A stretch of 64,000 nt of DNA from an uncultured Gemmataceae bacterium (GTDB lineage Bacteria; Planctomycetota; Planctomycetia; Gemmatales; Gemmataceae). Where the stretch lies: assembly GCA_963750165.1 (NCBI GenBank), contig CAVVPN010000003.1, positions 224,001 to 288,000 on the forward strand. The letters run 5' to 3'. Numbering within the stretch: position 1 is the first letter of the stretch; each line of letters begins with the position of its first letter. Below are positions 19,423 through 29,318 of this stretch, piece by piece. A model generated the notes under the pieces. That model saw nothing but the letters and a program-made list of their open reading frames with translations. It ran no database searches and was not told the origin of the DNA. A program made the translations under genes and the position numbers.

Positions 19423-21577
19423 ATGACTGTTCGGCACCGATGGCGCTGGTTCCGGTTCGGCATGATGACGTTCGCCGGGTTCTGTCTGACCGCCCTGGCC
19501 GGTTGCGGCGGTTGCGGCGGTATCGTTATCCAGCCTCCTGAGAAAAAACCGAACCAGGGCGATCCGCTGGAAATGGGCCGGGAAATCTTGCAAAAGGCCG
19601 ACGGACTCGCCGGCTACAAGGAGGGCCTCGAACAGTTCAACCGCTACCTGCACGGCCACTCCGACGCCCTCCAGGAGCACCGCCTGTCCAAGGAAGACCG
19701 CGCCGTCCTGAAAGAACACTTCGGCCTGGACGCGGACGAACTCCGCCAGATGGAAGCGACGGATTTTCAGAAGCTGGACAGTCATTACCTGGAACTGTGC
19801 TACCTGCTGCGCGACGCCGCCCGCTCGCTGCAGTTGCAGCACCTGCCACCGCTGGAGCAGGCGCGGCGCTGCTTCGACTGGGTGTGCCGGCAGGTCGTTC
19901 TGCGCGAGGCCCCCGGCGAACCGTTGCAGCCGCCGCTGTGGGCGCTGAAGCGTGGCTTCGGCTCAGCGCAGGATCGGGCCGTGGTGTTCGCGGAACTGCT
20001 GCGGCAGATCGAACTGGACGCGGCCATGCTGGCACTGCCCGGCGACAAGGGCGGCGTCCGCTACTGGGCGCCCGCGGTGCTCGTCGAGGACAGGGACCGC
20101 AGCGACCTGCACGTTTTCGACACACGGTTGGGGTTGCCGCTGCCGGGGCCGAAGAGCGGCGTCGCCACGCTGGCCCAGCTCAAGGCCCAGCCCACGCTGC
20201 TCCGGCAGCTGGATGTCAACGGTTTCACCTACGACGTGACCGACAAGGCCCTCGCCGGTGCTGAGGTCCGCCTGATCTGTCCGCTGACCGCGCTGGCGCC
20301 GCGCATGCGCTTCCTGGAGGCGGACCTGGCGCCGCACGACAAGGTCCGCCTGGCGCTGCGGCCGGCCGAGCTGCTGCGCCGCTTTGCGAAGGCCGGGGTG
20401 CCGGTCAAGGTGTGGAATGCGCCGCCGATCATCAAGGGGGGGCAGCGCGAACTCGAAATCTCGCCGACGCGCGTGCTGCGAGTCAACCTGCCACCGGACG
20501 AGGGCGGGATCGGCTCACCGCTCGTCTACCGCAGCTACCTGGTGGGCCTGACGCAGTGGGCGCCGATTGACCAGACGCTGGCACAGCTGAACATGCGGAC
20601 GACGCTGGGCGACCGCGGCGAGGACCTGCTGGCGGGGCTGATCGGCGAGGTGGTACGCCGCTTCGCGCTGGCGCCGCGTGAGTCCCTGGAGCGCGGCCGC
20701 ATTGACGAGGCGCACAAACGGCTGGAGAAGATTCATACGGTCCTGGGCGACTTCGCGGCGGCCCAGCTGGGCGAGGCCGAGTTCCAGGCCAAGTTGGCGG
20801 AGTGGCGCGAGGGAGCGCGGGCGGCGGTGAGGCGCTGGGCGCAGGAGGGCCAGGGCAATCCCCAGGCGCTGCTGCAAGGCTTCGCGGCCGAGGACCAGTA
20901 CCTCGTGCAGCTGCTGTTCGCCAGCGAGGACCTGGAATTCAAGGAGAAGCCGCACAAGACGGCCCTGAGCTTCGTGGTTTTCCGGGCGGTGGGCGACCCG
21001 CTGCGCCGCGAGGTGACGCGGTTGCAAGCGCTGCGCTACCACGAGATCGCCGTCCGCCGTCAGGCCACCGCGGACCGCCGCGGCACAGGGCCGGACAAGG
21101 AGGAGGCACGGGAGACCTGGTCCGACGCCAGCGGCCTGTGGAAGAATTACAGCGACCGCGTGCCGCTGACCGCCGCGACGCTGGCGGTGGGACTGCAGGG
21201 GGTCCGCGACGCCGCCGCGCGAGCGCGGGCGGAGCCCGGCTACACGCGCGCCCAGACCCTGCCCGACAGCCTGGCGCATTTCCTGCAAAAAGAACTGCGG
21301 CAGTCGGCCGCCGCGGGGCTGCTGGCGGCGAACTGCCAGGAGAAGGCGGAGAAGGCGGGCGACCAGGGCGCGGCCGTCGCGCTGGGCCGCCTGGCCGGCC
21401 AGCTGGCGGATCTGCGCAGGAGTCCGGAAGTGCAGCGGTTTCTGGAGCTGTACCCAACGGACACCCGCGCAGATCCGGCGCGCGTTGTTCAGCGACTACG
21501 CGGACGGCGGCAGCTTTTACTGGATAGAGTACGGCGCCCGCCTGCGGCAGCGCCGCCTGAGCGGCAAGGGCGGCTGA
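19423..21577 (+). CDS. Large hypothetical lipoprotein with a degenerate transglutaminase-like region (frameshift near 21475)
   Basis: LAGC lipobox; FDWVCRQV...ALKRGFGSAQDRAVVFAELLRQ. An alternative frame ends with TGA at 21577, just before the xerD stop. Confidence 0.6.
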
Positions 21578-21582
21578 CAGCT

Positions 21583-22515
21583 TCACGCCGACGGCGGCTT
21601 ACCGCGCGGATGGAACTGCTGGTGGATCGCCTTGAGCCGGTCGCGATCCACGTGCGTGTAATGCTGCGTTGTCTGAATGCTGGCGTGGCCGAGCAGTTCC
21701 TGCACGGTACGCAGGTCGGCGCCGCCGGCGAGCAGGTGCGTCGCGAAACTATGCCGTAGCGTATGCGGACTTACCTTCGGATGCACGCCGGCGCGCTTCA
21801 CGTACTTCTTGACCAGCACCCACAACATCTCGCGCGACAGCGCCTTGCCGCCGCGGCTGACGAACACCCACGGCGCCTCTGGGTTGCTGCGCACCAGCCG
21901 CGGCCGCTGTCGTTCCAGGTACAGCGCCAGCGCTGCCAGCGCCGGCCGGCCGAGCGGCACCACGCGCTGCTTGCCGCCCTTGCCGTGACACTTGCAAAAA
22001 GCCGACTCGACGTGCAGGTCCGCCAGCGTCAGCCCGACCACCTCCGACGCCCGGCTGCCAGTCGCGTACAGCGTCTCCAGGATGGCCCGGTCGCGCAGGT
22101 AGAAGCGTTCCTGCGGCTGCGGCGCCGCCAGCAATTTTTCGACCTGCTCCGGGCTGAGCACCTGCGGGATGCGCTCCCACAACGCCGGCGAGCTGAGCAA
22201 CTCGACGGCGCTCTGCTGCACGCGCTCCTCCAGGCGCAGGAAGCGGTAGAACATCTTCAGCGCCACCAGATGGCGGGCGACGCTCGGCGGCGCCAGCTTT
22301 TCTTCGCGGAGGAAGCTGAGGTACAGCGCCAGCTCGCGGACGCCGGGCTTGAGGTAATCGGCCAGGCCGCCGGCGACGACCCAGTTGGCGAAGCGGTCGA
22401 GGTCGCGGCCGTAGGCCAGCACGGTGTTGTGTGCCACGCCGCGCTCGCTCTGCAGGTAGTGGCGGAAGGCGCGGATGTCTTCGAGCAACTCGGCGAGGTT
22501 TTTGGCGCTGGCCAT
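21583..22515 (-). CDS. xerD: Site-specific tyrosine recombinase XerD
   Basis: AYGRDL, RDRAILETLYATGSRASE, GKGGKQR, HTLRHSFATHLL, QELLGHA, TTQHYTHV. Confidence 0.93.
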   Translation of the reverse strand: MASAKNLAELLEDIRAFRHYLQSERGVAHNTVLAYGRDLDRFANWVVAGGLADYLKPGVRELALYLSFLREEKLAPPSVARHLVALKMFYRFLRLEERVQQSAVELLSSPALWERIPQVLSPEQVEKLLAAPQPQERFYLRDRAILETLYATGSRASEVVGLTLADLHVESAFCKCHGKGGKQRVVPLGRPALAALALYLERQRPRLVRSNPEAPWVFVSRGGKALSREMLWVLVKKYVKRAGVHPKVSPHTLRHSFATHLLAGGADLRTVQELLGHASIQTTQHYTHVDRDRLKAIHQQFHPRGKPPSA

Positions 22516-22546
22516 GACCATCCTTGCAGGTGGAGGGGAGCAGGCG

Positions 22547-23599
22547 TTACAGGCCCAGGATCGTCAGATAGACGAACCAGGCCACGGCAATCGAGATGGC
22601 GTAGAGGACGCCGGCGATACTGATGATCTGCGACCGAAGCAGGTGCGGATGGTAAAACCCCACGGTCAGCAGGTAGACGAAGCCGGGGTTTTTTCGGTCG
22701 TCGAAAACCTGCAGGGCGAGGCGTGAGCTGTGCCAGAAGAACCAGGGTATCGGCACGTACAGCAGCGTGCCCGCGACCAGCACGACCAGTAGCACCGGGT
22801 ATCCCAGGGGGGCGGGGCCGAACACCTCGACCATGCGCGCCTGAACCTTGGGTTCGAGCATGAGCAGGGGGAGGATAGAGTAAACCACCACGGACATCGC
22901 GACCGTCATCCAGGTCACGCGCTTCCAGTAGTCCGCTTCGGGGCCCACCGTTTTCGCGGGCCGCGGTTCCGTGGGAACCACGCTGAGTGGCGCGACCGGT
23001 TCCAGGATGAGCGCGGCGGCCATTCCGACCCGCCGAATTTCGCGGATCGTCACATAGATCAGATAAACACCGCCGACGACGCCGACACAGCCGAGCACGA
23101 GGATGGTGATGGGGCCGCCCACCGGGCCTGCCTTCTTTTCCGCGACGACTTCCGCATACGTCAGGATCGGCTCGCCGCGGATGCTCGCCTTGTACAGGGG
23201 CACCCAACCATTTCTGGGAAAAACCGTTTCCTGTTTCGTGGACACCCAGATTTGCATGGGTTGGCCACTCTCGACTGCCCGTCGCAACGCGGCGAAGTTG
23301 CGCTGGTAACTTGCATATTCCGTGCGGTAGCCGGCGACCGTGAAATAGAGGTAGTGTCGGTCGTCGTTCCTTATACGACTCTGTCTCACCTCAATGTCCG
23401 TCGCCACGCCTTCGGCCAGGGTCAAGTCCTCCTCCGCGGTCGTGCCCCAGTCGAGCAAGACGTAGAGCGAGGTGACGATCATGACGGCTCCGCCGAGGAG
23501 GAACGCCGGACCAACCAATAACGTCCAGTAGGCTGGTTTTTTTTGAGAAGGTGTGGCGGAATGACGATTTTCGTTGAAAAACCCTGGCCTTTCTTCCAT
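22547..23599 (-). CDS. Hypothetical multi-pass membrane protein
   Basis: 350-aa ORF with about five hydrophobic segments; AGGAG RBS; lower GC than its neighbours. Confidence 0.65.
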   Translation of the reverse strand: MEERPGFFNENRHSATPSQKKPAYWTLLVGPAFLLGGAVMIVTSLYVLLDWGTTAEEDLTLAEGVATDIEVRQSRIRNDDRHYLYFTVAGYRTEYASYQRNFAALRRAVESGQPMQIWVSTKQETVFPRNGWVPLYKASIRGEPILTYAEVVAEKKAGPVGGPITILVLGCVGVVGGVYLIYVTIREIRRVGMAAALILEPVAPLSVVPTEPRPAKTVGPEADYWKRVTWMTVAMSVVVYSILPLLMLEPKVQARMVEVFGPAPLGYPVLLVVLVAGTLLYVPIPWFFWHSSRLALQVFDDRKNPGFVYLLTVGFYHPHLLRSQIISIAGVLYAISIAVAWFVYLTILGL

Positions 23600-23659
23600 T
23601 CCGCTACTCCTTCTGAGCAGGCGACCTGAGAATGAGTTCCCTGGAGACGGAACCCCGCA

Positions 23660-24268
23660 CTACGAGCCGCCGAGCAGCCGCCGCAGCGCCGGCCGCAGTT
23701 GCGCCAGCGCCCGCGCCCGGTGGCTGAGCGCGTGCTTGACGCGGCTGCTCAGCTCGCCGAACGTCTTGTGGAACTCCGGAATCAGGAACAACGGATCATA
23801 CCCGAAGCCGCCGCTGCCGCGATACTCTTTTACGATCCGGCCGTGACAGCGCCCCTCGGTGACCGCCTGCACCTCGCCGCTCGGGTCAGCCAGCGCCGCG
23901 GTGCAGACGTAGTACGCGGCCCGCTTCTCGTCCGGCAGCGGCGCCAGCTCCGCGAGCAGGCGCTGGTTGTTGGCGGCGTCGTCGCCCTGCTTGCCGGCGT
24001 AGCGCGACGAGTAGACGCCCGGCCGGCCGTTCAGCCCCGGCACCACCAGGCCGCTGTCCTCGCCGAGCACCCACTGGCCCAGCGCTTTCGCCAGTTCGGT
24101 CGCCTTCTTGCGGGCGTTGTCCTCGAAGGTCTTGCCGTCCTCGACCACCTCCGGCGCGTCTGGGTAATCGGCCAGGGTGCGCAGTTCCAGGCCGAGGTCG
24201 CCGAGGATTTCCTCGATTTCCTGGCGCTTCTTGGCGTTGCGGGTGCCCAGGACCAGCACGGTGGCCAT
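23660..24268 (-). CDS. rdgB: Non-canonical purine NTP pyrophosphatase (RdgB/HAM1)
   Basis: TRNAKK, TFEDNARKKA, EDSGL, PGVYSSRYAG, GFGYDPLF, KHALSHR. Confidence 0.94.
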   Translation of the reverse strand: MATVLVLGTRNAKKRQEIEEILGDLGLELRTLADYPDAPEVVEDGKTFEDNARKKATELAKALGQWVLGEDSGLVVPGLNGRPGVYSSRYAGKQGDDAANNQRLLAELAPLPDEKRAAYYVCTAALADPSGEVQAVTEGRCHGRIVKEYRGSGGFGYDPLFLIPEFHKTFGELSSRVKHALSHRARALAQLRPALRRLLGGS

Positions 24269-24386
24269 GCGATCGTCTCCCGGCCTGCGGATGGGCGTTC
24301 GTCTTGTCTGCGACCCGCGGTTATTTTACAGTGCCGGCCGTCTCGTCGTCCGCAGTTGGCCCCTGTCCTTTGAGGTATTTCGCCAC

Positions 24387-24826
24387 ATGACCTTGCCGCC
24401 CTTCAACCAATCGGGTGATCTGCCAGAAGGGATTCACAGCGCCGGGCTGGACGAAGTACTTGCCCGTTTTGGGGACGGGAACAAGCAACGCCGCCAGGTG
24501 TCCGACAACCTCCAACGCATCGTCGCGCTGGCCCGGGGCACCGGCAAGCTGGCCCGGTTCCTGCTGTTCGGCAGCTACGTCACCGCCAAGTCCGAACCCA
24601 ATGACGTTGACGTGATCCTCATCATGCAGGATGATTTCAACATCGGCGCCTGTGGCGAAGAAGCGAAAGCCCTGTTCGACCACCAGCGGGCCACGGAGGA
24701 AATGGGCGCCAGCATCTTCTGGCGCGGCCGGCGATGCTGCTCACGATCACCCTGGATGAATTCATCGCCCACTGGCAAGTGAAACGGGACCAAACGCGAC
24801 GCGGAATCGTGGAGGTGCGCGAATGA
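24387..24826 (+). CDS. DUF6932-like minimal nucleotidyltransferase (frameshift near 24727)
   Basis: LPPFN..GDLPEGIH, FGSYVTAKSEPNDVDV. A second frame gives DEFIAHWQVKRDQTRRGIVEVRE*. Confidence 0.7.
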
Positions 24827-25056
24827 TCCACAACGACGTAGAACTCCAGGGCACCCAGGAGAGGATCGCCTTTCTGGAGAGCTTGCTGGCGCAACTCCGC
24901 GTAACCGCCACCCCCGAGGAGTTTCCATTCGTGGCCGGCGGCTACCGGGCGGAAATTGAGAAAATGCAGGCCGAGGTACTGGCCTACCTGACACGCCACG
25001 CCAGCCAACCGCTGCCGACCGCAGAACCGAGCGCCGCCGGCAGCACGGCCTCGTGA
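24823..25056 (+). CDS. Small helical protein coupled to the nucleotidyltransferase
   Basis: ATGA overlap, GGAGG RBS; MIHNDVELQGTQERIAFLE...AEIEKMQAEVLAYL. Confidence 0.7.
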   Translation: MIHNDVELQGTQERIAFLESLLAQLRVTATPEEFPFVAGGYRAEIEKMQAEVLAYLTRHASQPLPTAEPSAAGSTAS

Positions 25057-25124
25057 TCGCTCGCCTTGTCGCTGCGCCGCCCCGCCGTATCATTCCCCCC
25101 GACCGGAACCAGCAAGGGGGCGAC

Positions 25125-26111
25125 ATGACCATTCACTTCTGTGGCCTGGATGTGGGCGGCACCAGCATGAAGGGCGGCGTCATCACCGACGACGGCTGCG
25201 TCCTCAGCGCCGTCAGCCTGCCGACGGAGGCGCACAAGGGCCAGCAGCACGGCCTCGACCGCATGTGCGAAACCATCCGCCAGGCCGTCGTCGCCGCCGG
25301 GCTCGGTATCGAGCAGCTCAGCGCCATCGGCGTCGCCACGCCCGGCACCATGGACCTCAAGGCCGGCGTCATCCTCGACCCGCCCAACCTCAAGCCGTGG
25401 CAGAACGTGCCGGTGCGCCACCACATCGCGGAAACTTTCGGCGTGCCGACTGCCTTCCAGAACGACGCCAACGCCGCCGCCCTGGGCGAATACTGGATCG
25501 GCGCCGGTCAGGGCGTGAACAGCATGGTACTGTTCACGCTCGGCACCGGCATCGGTTGCGGTATCATCGTCGGCGACCTGGTGATCGAGGGCGAGCACAG
25601 CCACGGGGCCGAGGCCGGCCATATGAAGATCGAGATGTCCAACCCGCGGCAGTGCGGTTGCGGCCGCTGGGGCTGCCTGGAAGCCTACGCCAGCGCCACG
25701 GCGGTGGTGAAGCGCGCCCACGAAGCGCTGGCCGCCAGCGACGGCCGGTCGAGCCTGGGGGCGCTGCTGCACCAGCAGGGCGAGATCACTTCGCGCGACA
25801 TTTTTGACGCCGCCGCGAAGGGCGACACGCTGGCCGACAAGATCGTTGAAGATACCGCATTTTATTTGGCCGTCGGCGCCATGAACCTCATGCACCTCAT
25901 CGACCCGGACAGAATCGTCTTCGCCGGCGGCATGATCGCGGCCGGCGAGCCGTTTCTGCAGCGCATCCGCCGGCACGTGCAGGAGCTCGCCTTCCCGGTG
26001 CCGGCGGCCCACACGACGCTGTGCTTCGCCAAACTCGGCAGCGACGCCGGCTTCATCGGCGCGGCGGCGTGCGGCCGGCAACTATACCATCGCATCCGCA
26101 CCGCCCACTAA
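25125..26111 (+). CDS. ROK family sugar kinase (glucokinase-like)
   Basis: GLDVGGT, NDANAAALGE, TLGTGIGCG, EAGH, CGCGRWGCLEAYAS. Confidence 0.93.
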   Translation: MTIHFCGLDVGGTSMKGGVITDDGCVLSAVSLPTEAHKGQQHGLDRMCETIRQAVVAAGLGIEQLSAIGVATPGTMDLKAGVILDPPNLKPWQNVPVRHHIAETFGVPTAFQNDANAAALGEYWIGAGQGVNSMVLFTLGTGIGCGIIVGDLVIEGEHSHGAEAGHMKIEMSNPRQCGCGRWGCLEAYASATAVVKRAHEALAASDGRSSLGALLHQQGEITSRDIFDAAAKGDTLADKIVEDTAFYLAVGAMNLMHLIDPDRIVFAGGMIAAGEPFLQRIRRHVQELAFPVPAAHTTLCFAKLGSDAGFIGAAACGRQLYHRIRTAH

Positions 26112-26257
26112 CGCGACGCGCCAGCGCGCACCTTATTTTCAGGAGCGGGTACAAATGTGCGGTTGATGAACGTGGCATGACGTTTTCAAGAGGTGATGAT
26201 GGTGCCAAGACGCATGCCAAAGCAGCTAAAAAGTGACGGAAATGCCGTGTCGGGCCC

Positions 26258-26286
26258 TTGACGGCCCAAAATGGGACGGGTACGAT
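26258..26286 (+). promoter_or_regulatory. sigma70-type promoter of csrA
   Basis: TTGACG-17 nt-TACGAT. Confidence 0.7.
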
Positions 26287-26512
26287 TAAGAGTAATGAGG
26301 ACTCGGCAGCGCCAGGAGTTCAGGCCCACTCCAGCCACGTTCCAGGGACTGGACGCCGTCAGCCGCGCCTCATTTCTGATTCCTCCAGGCGAAGGGGATC
26401 TTCACCGGCGCGCTCTCACTCACAAATCCGCCGTGGATTTGGGCAGCCTGTGTCAGCGCGTGGGAGTCAGTTCATCCCAGCAGCCCCTTGTTTCCAAGAA
26501 GGATAGGCGGCG

Positions 26513-26731
26513 ATGTTAGTACTGTCCAGGAAAAAAAACGAGAGCATTGTCATCAACAATGACATCACCGTCACCGTCGTCGAAATTCGCGGCGATAAGG
26601 TGCGGCTCGGCATTGTTGCTCCCAAGGAAGTCCCGGTCCACCGCCAGGAAGTGTTCGACGCCATCCACGGCAAGAACAGTGCGGAGCCCGCGACGACCGC
26701 CAAGCCCGACGCCAACGGTCGTGCAGTGTAA
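26513..26731 (+). CDS. csrA: Carbon storage regulator
   Basis: MLVLSRKKNESIVIN...VRLGIVAPKEVPVHRQEV. Confidence 0.96.
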   Translation: MLVLSRKKNESIVINNDITVTVVEIRGDKVRLGIVAPKEVPVHRQEVFDAIHGKNSAEPATTAKPDANGRAV

Positions 26732-26751
26732 CGTATCGTTCTCGTGTTGCC

Positions 26752-26808
26752 AAGACCCTCCTTGCAAAACTGCGCGATCTTTTCTCGCGGTTTTTGGAGG
26801 GTTTTTTT
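26752..26808 (+). terminator. Intrinsic terminator after csrA
   Basis: accctcc...ggagggt stem followed by a T-run. Confidence 0.7.
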
Positions 26809-26824
26809 ATATCCAGGCTCGCGC

Positions 26825-27205
26825 ATGGCCAAACCCACCATCGCCGTTCTCGGCGCCAGCCCCGACCGTCAGAAATTCGGCAACCGTTGCGTCCGTGCCT
26901 ACGCCGCTGTTGGTTACGAGGTCTACCCCGTCCATCCCCGCGCCGCGGAGGTCGAGGGCCACCGAGCGTATCCGACCCTGGCGGACGTGCCGGCCGAGCG
27001 ACTCGACCGCGTCAGCGTGTACCTGCCGCCGGACGTGGCCCTGCGGGTGTTGCCGGAACTCACGCACAAGGCCATCGGCGAATTGTGGTTGAACCCTGGG
27101 GCGGACAGCCCGGAGGTGGTCACCCGCGCCCGGGAACTCGGCCTGCCGGTCGTCGTCGGTTGCAGCATCGTGGACGTGGGCGTCAACCCGCATACGCTGG
27201 ACTGA
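26825..27205 (+). CDS. CoA-binding protein, YccU-like
   Basis: IAVLGASPDRQKFG, YPVHP, WLNPG, GCSIV. Confidence 0.88.
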   Translation: MAKPTIAVLGASPDRQKFGNRCVRAYAAVGYEVYPVHPRAAEVEGHRAYPTLADVPAERLDRVSVYLPPDVALRVLPELTHKAIGELWLNPGADSPEVVTRARELGLPVVVGCSIVDVGVNPHTLD

Positions 27206-27206
27206 A

Positions 27207-27274
27207 GGCGAGCGGCGCGGCGTCAGCCCGCCGGTGCTCCGAAGTACCGGCGGGCTGACGCTGCGCCGCTCGCC
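27207..27274. repeat. REP-like long hairpin between convergent genes
   Basis: ggcgagcggcgcggcgtcagcccgccggt...accggcgggctgacgctgcgccgctcgcc. Confidence 0.75.
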
Positions 27275-27336
27275 GACTGGACCTCCCGTAGGACACTTGG
27301 TTCGCAACGCTCGCCTAACTCCCTGCGGCCACGCTA

Positions 27337-29148
27337 TTAATGCTCCTCCCGGCCGCGGAGGGCGTTCACGTCAATCGCGTACTTCTTGCACTTGAGCCCC
27401 AGCGTCTCCCGCGACAGGCCGACCAGCCGCGCCGCCGCGCTGGCGTTGCCGCCCGTCCGCTGCAGCGCCTTGCGGATCGCGTACTCTTCCAACTGCACCA
27501 GGTCGAGCGGAATCTCGCCGCTGGGAGCGTCCAGCAGACGCAGGTCCCGCGGCCCGATCACCTCGCCCTCCGACAGCATCACCGCGCTCTCCAGTACCGT
27601 GCGCAGCTCGCGGATGTTGCCGGGCCAGTCGTGCTCGGCCAACCGCTTCAGCGCCTCGGGCGCCAGCAGCTTGCGCTTGTTGATCTGCGCCGCGTACTTG
27701 CCGATGAAGTGCTCCGCCAGGTCCGGCAGGTCGCCGAGGCGCTCGCGCAGGGGCGGCACCGTCAGGCAGATCACGCACAGGCGGTAATACAGGTCGTGCC
27801 GGAACCGCCCCGCCGCCACCTCCCGCGTCAGATCCTTATGGGTCGCCGCCACCACGCGCACGTCCGTCCGCACCTCGCGCTCCTCGCCGACCGGCCGGAA
27901 CGGCTTGCCCTCGATAACGCGCAGCACCTTGACCTGGCAGTCCAGCGTCATGTCGCCGACCTCGTCCAGGAACAGCGTGCCGTTGTCGGCCTGCTGGAAG
28001 TAGCCCTGGTGCCGCCGGGCGTCCGTGAAGGCCCGGTCGCGGTGGCCGAACAGCTCCGATTCCAGCAGCGTCGGCACGATGGCGCCGCAGTTGACCACCA
28101 CGAACGGTCCGCGGCCGCGCGGGCTCTGGCGGTGAAGCGCCAGCGCCACCAGTTCCTTGCCCGAGCCGGTCTCGCCCTGGATCAGCACCGTTGACGGGCA
28201 CGGCGCCGCCCGGGCGATCATCTGCCGCAGATCGCGGACGGCCGGGCTGTCGCCGAGGATGTCGTCGGCGTCGGCGGCGTGGCTGCGCAGGCGCGTGTTC
28301 TCCGCCTCCAGGCTACGGCACAGCTGCAGCCGGGCCAGGTGGCTGGCGGTGAAGTTGGCGATCATCTCGCAGAGCCGTACCTGGCGCTGCGTGAAGAAGC
28401 GGTCGGTGTTGTTGTAGGCGTGCAGGGCGCCGAGGGCGACGCCCTCGGCGCGGAGCGGGACGCAGACGGCGTCGTTGAACGGCAGCAGGCTGTCGCTGTG
28501 ATCGAGGCGGGCCAGATCCTCCTTGAGCCAGACGCGGCGGCCGTCGCGCTGCACGCGCTGGGTGAGCTGCTTGCTCAGCGCGGCGTTGACCGCCGCGTCC
28601 TCCGGTTCGACGATGCGCGGCAACGGCCGCTCGGGGTCGAGGCTCAGGAAGCCGCACAGCGTCGCCCCGGTCAGCTGCCGCACCGCCAGCAAGGCGTTGC
28701 GGACGACGACCGCGGCGTCGGCCTCCTCAACCGCGGTGGTCATGAATTCATGCAGCAGGGCCAGTTCGTCCACCTGAAACGTGGTGACCGCCTCGCCGGG
28801 TTCGAGGCCGGCGGGCGGCGTCGGCCGGTCGGGTGTCGCCTTCGCGGCGGTCACCACCTGGAAGCGCAGGCGCAGTTCGGCGATGCCAATCTCCTGGCCG
28901 TCTACCAGGCGTACCGGCCGGTCGATGCGAGCGCCGCCATCGACGCGCGTGCCATTGCGCGTGTTGAAGTTGCGCAGGATCCAGTGACCGTCCGTGAAGC
29001 GAATCTCGGCGTGCTCGCGCGAGGCGCGCTCGTCGTGGAGGACGATGGTACTGCGCGTGCTCCGGCCCAGCGTGACACACTGAGCGGTGCTGAAGTCCAG
29101 AATCGATGGGTCGGCTTCGCCGAGAATGGCGGTCAACCGTGCGTGCAT
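27337..29148 (-). CDS. FHA-GAF sigma54-interacting transcriptional regulator
   Basis: FHA (LGRS, SREHA, TRNGTRV), GETGSGKE, ESELFGH, LFLDEVG, WPGNIREL, Fis HTH. Confidence 0.92.
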   Translation of the reverse strand: MHARLTAILGEADPSILDFSTAQCVTLGRSTRSTIVLHDERASREHAEIRFTDGHWILRNFNTRNGTRVDGGARIDRPVRLVDGQEIGIAELRLRFQVVTAAKATPDRPTPPAGLEPGEAVTTFQVDELALLHEFMTTAVEEADAAVVVRNALLAVRQLTGATLCGFLSLDPERPLPRIVEPEDAAVNAALSKQLTQRVQRDGRRVWLKEDLARLDHSDSLLPFNDAVCVPLRAEGVALGALHAYNNTDRFFTQRQVRLCEMIANFTASHLARLQLCRSLEAENTRLRSHAADADDILGDSPAVRDLRQMIARAAPCPSTVLIQGETGSGKELVALALHRQSPRGRGPFVVVNCGAIVPTLLESELFGHRDRAFTDARRHQGYFQQADNGTLFLDEVGDMTLDCQVKVLRVIEGKPFRPVGEEREVRTDVRVVAATHKDLTREVAAGRFRHDLYYRLCVICLTVPPLRERLGDLPDLAEHFIGKYAAQINKRKLLAPEALKRLAEHDWPGNIRELRTVLESAVMLSEGEVIGPRDLRLLDAPSGEIPLDLVQLEEYAIRKALQRTGGNASAAARLVGLSRETLGLKCKKYAIDVNALRGREEH

Positions 29149-29318
29149 GCCCTGCGCTCTCCCGGACGAACCCTTCGACGGAAATGTACCCCCCACCCAG
29201 GATGCGCCGGCGGCGCCGCGAAATCAAGCGATAAAATAAGGTGAAAAATACAGCGGCCGGCGGACGCCGACAGTTCGGGGCCGCCAGCCACCGTGGAAAC
29301 ACGCGGCTGCTTGAGCGC

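Noticed and set aside
21583..22515. Tyrosine recombinase as a prophage or island integrase
   Set aside because: It has typical chromosomal XerD signatures, with no att repeats or phage genes nearby.
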